The notes under the pieces are model-generated. The model was not told where the DNA came from. It was given only the letters and a program-made list of their open reading frames with translations, and did not search any database. Below, one piece after another: positions 1-7,738 of a stretch of 64,000 bases of DNA (the stretch's first letter is position 1; every line of letters starts with the position of its first letter). The position numbers and the translations under genes were made by a program. This DNA is from Patescibacteria group bacterium (GTDB lineage: Bacteria; Patescibacteriota; Minisyncoccia; Phycocordibacterales; Phycocordibacteraceae), in the NCBI GenBank assembly GCA_040384705.1, contig JAZKIU010000001.1:25907-89906 (forward strand), written 5' to 3'.

Positions 1-175
1 CGAGTATGTGGCCGTGGTGCGGGAGACCGGTCGCGAACGGCGGTCCGTCATAGAAGACGTACTCCCCTTTCGGCGAGGGCTTCTCGAGCGACTTTTCGAA
101 GATATGCTTCTCGTTCCAGAAGGCCAGGACCTCCTCTTCCCGCTTAGCGACTTCCGTTTTCTCCCGTTCAGCCAT
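1..175 (-). CDS. ileS: Isoleucine--tRNA ligase, N-terminal part (runs off the window); IleRS2-type
   Basis: Hand translation MAEREKTEVAKREEEVLAFWNEKHIFEKSLEK...YVFYDGPPFATGLPHHGHIL; the YDGPPFATGLPHxGH motif is typical of IleRS2. Not in the ORF track. Confidence 0.9.
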   Translation of the reverse strand, partial: MAEREKTEVAKREEEVLAFWNEKHIFEKSLEKPSPKGEYVFYDGPPFATGLPHHGHIL

Positions 176-204
176 GATTTTCCTATCGTATCGTCTTGCT
201 TCAT

Positions 205-240
205 AAAAAGGAAACGACCGGCGCCATAGGACGCCGGTCG
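205..240 (-). terminator. Intrinsic terminator after the 74-aa ORF
   Basis: CGACCGGCG/CGCCGGTCG stem followed by a T-rich run on the minus strand. Confidence 0.6.
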
Positions 241-261
241 AAACAAAGCCTGAAGCGTGGC

Positions 262-486
262 TTACGCGTGAACGAGGGGGCGACTGTCCAAGAAGCTCTT
301 CACCCAGTCGACGACGCGCCGCTTGCGGCGGTACTTGCTGACCGCCTCCAGAACGGCCCCGCGAGTGATGCGACGCCCGAACGCGTCATTAACCCACTCA
401 GCGGCGAGCTCGAACAGTCTTTTGAGAGAGACCCCGAGTTCCCGACGTCTCTGCTCAACCGGGTCGATGTTCTTACGCTTCGACAA
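262..486 (-). CDS. Small basic hypothetical protein (possible HTH-like DNA binder)
   Basis: TTG start preceded by GGGAGAG; own terminator; fills the argS-ileS gap. Confidence 0.5.
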   Translation of the reverse strand: MSKRKNIDPVEQRRRELGVSLKRLFELAAEWVNDAFGRRITRGAVLEAVSKYRRKRRVVDWVKSFLDSRPLVHA

Positions 487-573
487 TGCAGCTCTCCCTA
501 AATATCAATGGCCCCCGAATTAGAGCCAATCGCAACCTTATCGTGCCTTGCCTATAGGCGCAAGAGAAGTTAT

Positions 574-2217
574 CTACATCCGCTCCGGCACCGGGATGCC
601 GAGCAGCCCGAGACCGTTCCTCATAGTGGCGACGAACGCCTTCGCGAGCCGTAACTTGTACGCCTCATGCTCCCCATCGATGATGCGTTCCTTCGCATAG
701 AAGGAGTTCCATTCGCTCGCGAGCTGCGTGAGGTACTGCGCGACATGATGCGGCGCTCTCTCGCGCTCGGCCCTTGCCGCAACTTCGGGGAACCGGGTGA
801 TGAGCCGTTCGATATCGAATGGTTTCTCCGGCGCATCACTAACCTCCTTGTCTCCAGCAGTGGCAATGATGGATGCAGCACGCACGAGCGCGTACTGAAG
901 ATAAGGACCTGAGTCACCTTCGAGAGAAAGAGACTGGTCGAAGTCGAAGATTATGTCCGAGCCCGCAGACTGCTTGAGTATCGAATACTTGATAGCAGCG
1001 AGCGCCACCTGCTCCGCGATGAGCGGATCCTCATTACGCTCGCTCGTCTTCGCGACGACGTCATTGATGAGCGACGCGGCGGTGATGATGGTTCCCTCGC
1101 GCGATGACATCTTTCCTGAGGCGAGACGCAGGAACCCGTGTGGGACATGTGCGGTCTTAGCTGCAAGCGCTGGCGCCACCTCCTCGAGCGCTGCGAACAT
1201 GACCTTGAAGTGCCCTATCTGCTCCGCCGCGGTGATGATTATCGAAATATCGGACGGCCATCGCTCCTCCTTAAGGAACGCGAGCCCGATGTCCTTCGCT
1301 TCATAGGTCGGTGTGCCGTACGACGTGATGAATACGAGTGTGTGCAATCCCTTCTTCTCGCCTTTGTATATGACTGCCCCTTCGCTCTCCTCGAATACGG
1401 CCGGGGTATGCTCCCGTACGATATCGAGCCCGGGCTTTGAGGTTTCGCTTTCGAAGAAGTAGTAGTCGAACGTGGTACCGAGCGTACGGTACAGCTCTTC
1501 GAATGCTGCGAGCGAGACATCCCGTCCTTTCCGCCACAGCTCCATGAGCTCGTGGTCAGTGCCTTCGTATATGGCGCGGTTGATGGCGTCCACCTCCCCT
1601 TTCACTTCCGGTGACTCGTCATAAGCACGAGACCCTTGAGCGTACGCATGGCCGAGCTCTTCCGCAGTCGCGGGCTCGGTGATGCCCTTCTTCTGGAGGC
1701 CCCATATCGCTTTGGCTACATGCGGCCCGACATCGCCCTCATAGTTTGCTCGCATCGTTGTCGCTCCGGAGAACTCCACGAGACGTGCGATAGACTCCCC
1801 GATGACATTGCTCATCAGGTGACCGATATGCATCTCCTTGAAGGGATTCGGATCGGTGTACTCGACCATGACGCGCTTCCCTGCGTTCGCGTCTCCCATT
1901 CCCCACACGCCTGGCTCGTTCGCTGCAATTCCAACCACAGCTGCAATCGACTCAGGCGCGAGCGTAATGTTCACGAACCCCGGTCCTGCCGCTTCCACTG
2001 AACTCGCAATGTCACCGAGCGCGTCCCGGATAAGCGGCACGAGCGCGTCCGCTATCTCGCGAGGCGCCTTCCCGAGCGGCTTGGCGGCTGCGAGTGCAGC
2101 GTTCGTCGCGAAGTCGCCATGCGCGAGGTCTCCCGGCCATTCGACCGCAAACGCAATGCCTTCAGCGCCGAGCGTCGCTAGAGCGTCCTTCACCGCCTGC
2201 CGTATCCGGTCTTCCAT
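574..2217 (-). CDS. argS: Arginine--tRNA ligase
   Basis: EYTDPNPFKEMHIGH (HIGH), KMSSREG, EGDSGPYLQYA. Confidence 0.97.
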   Translation of the reverse strand: MEDRIRQAVKDALATLGAEGIAFAVEWPGDLAHGDFATNAALAAAKPLGKAPREIADALVPLIRDALGDIASSVEAAGPGFVNITLAPESIAAVVGIAANEPGVWGMGDANAGKRVMVEYTDPNPFKEMHIGHLMSNVIGESIARLVEFSGATTMRANYEGDVGPHVAKAIWGLQKKGITEPATAEELGHAYAQGSRAYDESPEVKGEVDAINRAIYEGTDHELMELWRKGRDVSLAAFEELYRTLGTTFDYYFFESETSKPGLDIVREHTPAVFEESEGAVIYKGEKKGLHTLVFITSYGTPTYEAKDIGLAFLKEERWPSDISIIITAAEQIGHFKVMFAALEEVAPALAAKTAHVPHGFLRLASGKMSSREGTIITAASLINDVVAKTSERNEDPLIAEQVALAAIKYSILKQSAGSDIIFDFDQSLSLEGDSGPYLQYALVRAASIIATAGDKEVSDAPEKPFDIERLITRFPEVAARAERERAPHHVAQYLTQLASEWNSFYAKERIIDGEHEAYKLRLAKAFVATMRNGLGLLGIPVPERM

Positions 2218-2234
2218 ATGGCCACTCTAGCAAA

Positions 2235-2264
2235 GAAAGCGCCCGCTTCGTAGCGGGCGCTTTC
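2235..2264. terminator. Hairpin terminator
   Basis: GAAAGCGCCCGCT-TCGT-AGCGGGCGCTTTC. Confidence 0.6.
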
Positions 2265-2279
2265 CGGAAGGACTGCTCT

Positions 2280-3014
2280 TTATTCACCGTTCTTCTTGAA
2301 CCACCTCCATATCGGCATGTCTTTCATCCAGTTCTTCCAGTCCTTCTTCCCTTCCTCTACGTGCACTCCGGCGTTCAGCGTTATCTTCGTTGCAGCCACT
2401 ACGTCCGTGCTGGCATTGTATCCGCCTGACACGACGAGCTTATCGCCAACATCGATGTCCGCGAATGCGCCACCGACGTACGATGTGTTACCACTCGTAT
2501 CAACAGTGACCGAACCGTGCTGCTTGGAGTTGAGCGTGAACGAGTCATCGTCCTCGTCTACCGCGGTGACCGTTCCGGTAACTACGGAACTAGCCTGATC
2601 CTGCGACCAGTTCCTCACGACGTCAGCATCTACAGTGAATGCGCCGAGATCATCGTCTATCGCGCCACTGAAACTGACCGTGTCACCGGTCTCAATAGAG
2701 GCGAACGTTGTTCTTGCTCCATTCTTCTCAACGAAGCTGGTGTCGCTATCGGTGCGGACAGTCCACGTGAGGGCTGCATCGCCCCACTGGGTCTTCGCGG
2801 TGAGCGTGCTTCCGCTGACAGCGGTGACTTCCGCGCCGCGCACGAGTGCCATACCGTTCGCGCCGATGCTGACGCTGAGCGTAGAGCCTACGGGTGCTAT
2901 GCGGGTCTCGGCACTCGCGTTACCGGCGAATGCGAACATGAGCGAACCGACAATCGCGAGCCCAACGAGGAGCGCGACTCCCGATTCTACGAATGCTTGA
3001 GTGAGTTTCGTCAT
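2280..3014 (-). CDS. Exported protein with two OB-fold-like DUF5666-type repeats
   Basis: Signal peptide; repeated GxVTAV...T.F...I..GD.V.V.G pattern. Confidence 0.65.
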   Translation of the reverse strand: MTKLTQAFVESGVALLVGLAIVGSLMFAFAGNASAETRIAPVGSTLSVSIGANGMALVRGAEVTAVSGSTLTAKTQWGDAALTWTVRTDSDTSFVEKNGARTTFASIETGDTVSFSGAIDDDLGAFTVDADVVRNWSQDQASSVVTGTVTAVDEDDDSFTLNSKQHGSVTVDTSGNTSYVGGAFADIDVGDKLVVSGGYNASTDVVAATKITLNAGVHVEEGKKDWKNWMKDMPIWRWFKKNGE

Positions 3015-3112
3015 ATATAAGATGGTGCTTTCATTACTGGTAAGCGACCTACGGTATATGACGAACGAGCACGGATGCTGTTACTCATCCGTGCTTCATG
3101 TTCAAGCTACGT

Positions 3113-4414
3113 TTATACGAATGATTCGGGAATGGGGTGCGCTTGCGCGAGCGCAGTCACCTTCACGCGAGCGGAGGCGACGGTCGCGTCATCGCGGTTC
3201 TTTAGTACCTCGAGCATGAGGCGCGCGACCTCGCGGGAGTCCTCCTCGAGGAACCCGCGCGTAGTCATGGCAGGCGTACCGAAGCGGATGCCGGACGGAT
3301 CGAACGGCTTCCGGGTGTCCCCCGCTATCGAATTCTTATTCAGCGTCATCCCCGCCTTATCAAGCAGCGTCTCCGCTTCAGCTCCTCCCACTTCAAACGA
3401 AGTGAACACGTCCGCGAGGATGAGATGGTTGTCGGTGCCGCCCGCGATGAGGCGTACGCCGCCCTCAGTGAACACTTCCGCCATCGCTTTCGCGTTCTTC
3501 ACTACCTGGTGCGCGTATGTGGAGAAAGAGGGCTGCGCAGCCTCATGCAGCATCACCGCTTTCGCCGCTATCTGGTGCATGTGGGGTCCGCCCTGGAACC
3601 CGGGGAACACGCTGCGGTCGACGAGTGTCGGAAGGTTCTCAATGGTCTTCTCCGGAGCCTTCAGTGGGGTGGAGACTGTTCCCTTCGTGAGGATCATGCC
3701 GCCACGTGGGCCGCGCAACGTCTTGTGGGTGGTAGTGGTCACGATATGGAATCCGTAGTCGAACGGATTCTTAGCTGCGCCTCCTGCGATGAGCCCCGCG
3801 ATATGCGCGACGTCCGCCATCGCGACCGCTCCCACTTCTTGCGCGATATCGGATATCTTCTGCCAGTCGAGCTCGCGAGGGTACCCGGAGAATCCTGCGA
3901 GCACTATCTTAGGACGCTCCTTCTTCGCGACCTCGAGCATGAGGTCGTAATCTATCTCGCCGGTGTCAGCGTCCTTCATGCCGTAGCGGACGAAGTTGAA
4001 GAGACGCGCCATATAGGTCACGGGCGAGCCGTGGGTGAGGTGGCCGCCGTGCGCGAGGTCCATGCCGAGGATTGTGTCGCCCGGCTCAAGCCATGCGAAA
4101 TATGCAGCGATGTTAGCGGCGGCACCCCCGAGCGGCTGCACGTTCGCATGATCTGCGCCGAAGAGCTTCTTCGCGCGCTCTATCGCGATAGTCTCTATCT
4201 CATCCGTGAATTCCTGGCCGCCGTAGTAGCGCTTGCCGGGATATCCTTCGGAATACTTGTTCGTGAGCCCGGAAGACATCGCTTCGCGCACGGCTTTCGA
4301 TACATAGTTCTCGGACGGGATGAGCTCAAGCCCGTTCGCCTGGCGCAGCTCTTCCCCCGCTATCGCGTCGTATATCTCTTTGTCTTCGTTCTTGAGGTGA
4401 TCGTACTGGTCCAT
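3113..4414 (-). CDS. glyA: Serine hydroxymethyltransferase
   Basis: LIPSENY, NKYSEGYPGKRYYGG, TTTTHKTLRGPRGG PLP-lysine motif. Confidence 0.98.
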   Translation of the reverse strand: MDQYDHLKNEDKEIYDAIAGEELRQANGLELIPSENYVSKAVREAMSSGLTNKYSEGYPGKRYYGGQEFTDEIETIAIERAKKLFGADHANVQPLGGAAANIAAYFAWLEPGDTILGMDLAHGGHLTHGSPVTYMARLFNFVRYGMKDADTGEIDYDLMLEVAKKERPKIVLAGFSGYPRELDWQKISDIAQEVGAVAMADVAHIAGLIAGGAAKNPFDYGFHIVTTTTHKTLRGPRGGMILTKGTVSTPLKAPEKTIENLPTLVDRSVFPGFQGGPHMHQIAAKAVMLHEAAQPSFSTYAHQVVKNAKAMAEVFTEGGVRLIAGGTDNHLILADVFTSFEVGGAEAETLLDKAGMTLNKNSIAGDTRKPFDPSGIRFGTPAMTTRGFLEEDSREVARLMLEVLKNRDDATVASARVKVTALAQAHPIPESFV

Positions 4415-4488
4415 GGCGTTGTTCGCTTACGTAAATAAAGGATGCCGTGGAGCCTCAGATCATATGCCGTTTAGCTAATAGTACCTTA

Positions 4489-5472
4489 TTACCCTTCCGA
4501 GCTTTCAGGTGCTGTTCCGTGGAGATCTTTGTTGTATCCTCCTGCCACGGTGAGCTCGGCCTTGATTGAAGGGTGCGGATCGTAGCCGTCTAGTTTGATA
4601 TACGAGGGCGAGAACGAGTCCAGCGAATCGAAAGGCTCGGTGAATGAGACGGTTGGGAATGGGCGCGGTTCGCGAGCGAGCTGCTCCCGTGCCTGCTCTT
4701 TGTGGTTCTCGTATATATGCACGTCACCGAACGTATGCACGAACTCTCCTGGTTCGCGGCCAAGTATCTTCGCGATGACGCAAGTGAGAAGCGCATAGCT
4801 GCCGATATTGAACGGCACCCCCAGGAAGATGTCGGCACTCCGTTGGTAGAGCTGAAGGCAAACCTTTCCGTGCTTTATATTTATTTGATACAGGTTGTGG
4901 CAGATGGGGAAACGCGCACCCTCTCCCGGCTTCGCCATGGCATACATGTACTCAGGATTCCATGAGCTTACGAGCGTGTTGTGCGCATCGGGGTCTTTGC
5001 GAAGCTCCTCTATCGCCCAACCAAGCTGATCCACCGTGCGACCATCCTTAGCCTCCCAACGTCTCCAGTGCTCTCCATAGATATGAGGGAGCTCACCGTG
5101 TTCTTTTGCGAAGTCGGCGTCTGCGGCAATTCTCTCGATAAAGGCTTCCTTCGTGAGGGCAGGCACGCTTCCCTTCTCCGCTAGCTCGCTATAGATCTTG
5201 TGCGGGTAGTCGTCCCAAATATGCACATTCCTGTCGACGAGATACTTGATGTTCGACTGCCCCGATAGGAACCAATACAACTCCTCCTTCACACCATTCC
5301 AATAGACTTTCTTGGTCGTAAGCAGCGGGAACCCTTCGGCGATATCAAACCGTATCTGCCGCCCGAAAAGACTGTAGGTCTTTACGCCCGTACCCTTATC
5401 GACCTGTTCCTCCCCCTTATCGAGGAGTTCCTGCATCAGGTCGAGGTACTGGTGTTCGGGGTGTCGTGGCAT
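4489..5472 (-). CDS. thyA: Thymidylate synthase (classical ThyA)
   Basis: FPLLTTKKV, catalytic PICH, YQRSADIFLGVPFN, GDVHIYENH. Confidence 0.96.
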   Translation of the reverse strand: MPRHPEHQYLDLMQELLDKGEEQVDKGTGVKTYSLFGRQIRFDIAEGFPLLTTKKVYWNGVKEELYWFLSGQSNIKYLVDRNVHIWDDYPHKIYSELAEKGSVPALTKEAFIERIAADADFAKEHGELPHIYGEHWRRWEAKDGRTVDQLGWAIEELRKDPDAHNTLVSSWNPEYMYAMAKPGEGARFPICHNLYQINIKHGKVCLQLYQRSADIFLGVPFNIGSYALLTCVIAKILGREPGEFVHTFGDVHIYENHKEQAREQLAREPRPFPTVSFTEPFDSLDSFSPSYIKLDGYDPHPSIKAELTVAGGYNKDLHGTAPESSEG

Positions 5473-5475
5473 AGG

Positions 5476-6048
5476 TTACTTCTTCTTTACTGCCGCGGCC
5501 TTCCTGCGAGACGTGGGCGGCGCAAAGTTCTTCCAGTTATCCGCGGCGAACCGTCCCATCTTCTTATAGCTACTCGCCGTCGGGCTCGTGAGCTTCGAGA
5601 ACGTAAGCTGCGCGATATCCATGCCCGGACGGATGATGATAGGTACGTTGTTCTGGTTCGAGAGTTCGAGAGTGACACAGAGGAAATGGCCAGGATTGAT
5701 GATGCCTGCGGTGTTGTGAATCATGAGACCGACGCGAGCAAGCGATGACTTGCCTCCAACCTGGATAAGGAACTCATCAGAACCGAAATATTCCTTCGAA
5801 GTCCCGAGCACGAGCATGCCCGGGTGCAGGACGAACTCGCCACCGTCCGCAATGACTATCTCGCGCGTCTTTGGATATATCTTCTTGGCTGGATCAACGA
5901 TATGCGTCGCGCTTTCCTCGTTCACGATGAACTTGTTGCCGAGCCGGATGTCGTAGCTTGCGGGCTGTAGGCGTGTGGTGGTGAATGGTTCCAGCACGAT
6001 AGCGCCGGTCTTTATAGCTTTCTTGATGTCGACGTCGGAGAGGAACAT
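5476..6048 (-). CDS. dcd: dCTP deaminase
   Basis: LQPASYDIRLG, GKSSLARVGL, HNTAGIINPG, VTLELSN, IAQLTF. Confidence 0.93.
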   Translation of the reverse strand: MFLSDVDIKKAIKTGAIVLEPFTTTRLQPASYDIRLGNKFIVNEESATHIVDPAKKIYPKTREIVIADGGEFVLHPGMLVLGTSKEYFGSDEFLIQVGGKSSLARVGLMIHNTAGIINPGHFLCVTLELSNQNNVPIIIRPGMDIAQLTFSKLTSPTASSYKKMGRFAADNWKNFAPPTSRRKAAAVKKK

Positions 6049-6052
6049 ATGA

Positions 6053-6736
6053 TTATTCTACGTTAAATACCTTGTCCGTCCCGTAATAATCCTGCCAATG
6101 GGCATTATAGTGCGCGAACATGCGCTCGAGCCTGTCCTGCGACAGCTCTTCGATTCCCGCCCGCCCCATGAGCGACAGAAGGTCATCGCGCACCCGTTCG
6201 GTATCCGCCGGGTCTTCGATGACCCTTTCGAACTCTGCGACATAACCGTATCCTGCATTCTTATCGAGACAGACAACTGTTTCTCCGACCTGGTACTCCT
6301 CGCGGCTGCGCGACCACTTCGCTTGGTACTGATATCCGGCCATGAGCACTCGAGCGTCGAGCTCTTCGAGCGAAAGGCCTGACACCTCCTCGTCCACTTC
6401 GATGCGAATGACGCCATTCGCACTTGAATCATCGCCGAGCGAGGCCTTCATTACTATTCGGGCTCCTCCATCTACTCCGCGCGTTCGAACGGAAACGTTC
6501 TCTCCCCTCTCCGCTATGCGCTCCATCTTTCCTTGGGCTTCTTCCGTGAGGAGAGGACCGACATCCCCAAGAAGCGCTCTTGGGTCGCCGCCTTCGAAGT
6601 AGTGGTTCAGCTGCGTGCTCGTGGCAATAAGTGCGCACGTCGAGTCGAGCTCCTTGAGGGAAGATCGGAGCTTGTCTGCGTTCTCTTCGGTCCCCAAGAG
6701 ACTTTTAATCTCTATCTCGTACTGCTCTTTTTTCAT
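6053..6736 (-). CDS. CYTH / triphosphate tunnel metalloenzyme family protein
   Basis: N-terminal ExExK (YEIEIK), QLNHYF, VRTR, RSREEY, LDKNAGYGYVAEFE. Confidence 0.8.
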   Translation of the reverse strand: MKKEQYEIEIKSLLGTEENADKLRSSLKELDSTCALIATSTQLNHYFEGGDPRALLGDVGPLLTEEAQGKMERIAERGENVSVRTRGVDGGARIVMKASLGDDSSANGVIRIEVDEEVSGLSLEELDARVLMAGYQYQAKWSRSREEYQVGETVVCLDKNAGYGYVAEFERVIEDPADTERVRDDLLSLMGRAGIEELSQDRLERMFAHYNAHWQDYYGTDKVFNVE

Positions 6737-6755
6737 TCCTGCTAGTATACGGCAG
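6737..6755. promoter_or_regulatory. Overlapping divergent -10 elements
   Basis: TGCTAGTAT on + and TATACT on -, each 7 nt from an ATG. Confidence 0.6.
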
Positions 6756-7229
6756 ATGAGCCAGAAGCCCGCAATGGATGAAAAAGATAGGCAAATGCTT
6801 GCTCTCCTGCTCTCGAAATCCCCGATAGCAATCGTATACCGACCCCTTCGTACCGAAGTTTCCCTCGCTGGTCTTGATTTACTCCCTGAGGGCTCAAGGA
6901 AATATGAAATAGCTCCTCATGCCGAGCTCGATCCAATACAAGAAGCATTGAAAGCCAAAGAGATAGCGGGTAGTGACGGTGCCGTGATACTCATTCCAGG
7001 ACGCGCCTTCGATACGCTTGGCACGCGTCATGGTCGAGGCGGAGGCTGGTATGACCGATTCCTCGCGCATGTCCCCATCGAGTGGGAGCGCATCGGGTTC
7101 TGCTTCGATGACCAATTCTCGGAAGACCCTCTTCCCCGTCAGCCGTGGGACGAGGTAATGGATTTCGTCGCGGTCGCCAATCGTAAGGGTGACGATCTCA
7201 TACTTCACACCACCCACGCACGAAGCTGA
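6756..7229 (+). CDS. fau: 5-formyltetrahydrofolate cyclo-ligase (short N-terminus)
   Basis: ILIPGRAFDTLGTRHGRGGGWYDRFL and PWDEVMD; start chosen at ATG 6756 behind a -10 element. Confidence 0.88.
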   Translation: MSQKPAMDEKDRQMLALLLSKSPIAIVYRPLRTEVSLAGLDLLPEGSRKYEIAPHAELDPIQEALKAKEIAGSDGAVILIPGRAFDTLGTRHGRGGGWYDRFLAHVPIEWERIGFCFDDQFSEDPLPRQPWDEVMDFVAVANRKGDDLILHTTHARS

Positions 7230-7241
7230 TATGCTGTTCCC

Positions 7242-7733
7242 ATGAATCAGATCAGCCTCATCGCAGCGCTCGGCAAGGACCGGGTCATCGGGAAGGATAA
7301 CGGCCTCCTCTGGCATCTGCCCGACGACCTCAAACGCTTCAAGGAGCGCACCATGGGTCACCCGGTCATCATGGGCCGAAAGACCTGGGACTCTATTCCC
7401 TTCAAGTTCCGCCCTCTTCCTGGCCGCACCAATATCATCATTACGACCATCGAAGGATATCCAGCAGAGAACGCGGTGGTAGCACATTCCTTTCCTGAGG
7501 CGCTTTCGTATGCAAAAGAAGCACCTGGAGCTGAGGAGATACTTGTTATTGGTGGTGGTGAAATATATCGCGCAGCACTTCCCTTCGCCTCTCGCCTCTA
7601 CCTAACACTCGTCGATGACGACACGGCTGGTACCGTCACCTTCCCTGACTATCCGGAGTTCGTGAATGAACTAGAGCGTGAAGACCATTCCGAGAATGGT
7701 ATTTCATACACTTGGGTCACGCTCGAACGATAG
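7242..7733 (+). CDS. folA: Dihydrofolate reductase
   Basis: IGKDNGLLWHLPDDLKRFK, VIMGRKTW, RPLPGRTN, VIGGGEIY. Confidence 0.97.
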   Translation: MNQISLIAALGKDRVIGKDNGLLWHLPDDLKRFKERTMGHPVIMGRKTWDSIPFKFRPLPGRTNIIITTIEGYPAENAVVAHSFPEALSYAKEAPGAEEILVIGGGEIYRAALPFASRLYLTLVDDDTAGTVTFPDYPEFVNELEREDHSENGISYTWVTLER

Positions 7734-7738
7734 ATTCC

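Noticed and set aside
4415-4488. ZMP/ZTP or THF riboswitch upstream of glyA
   Set aside because: The spacer is only 74 bp and lacks the conserved riboswitch motifs
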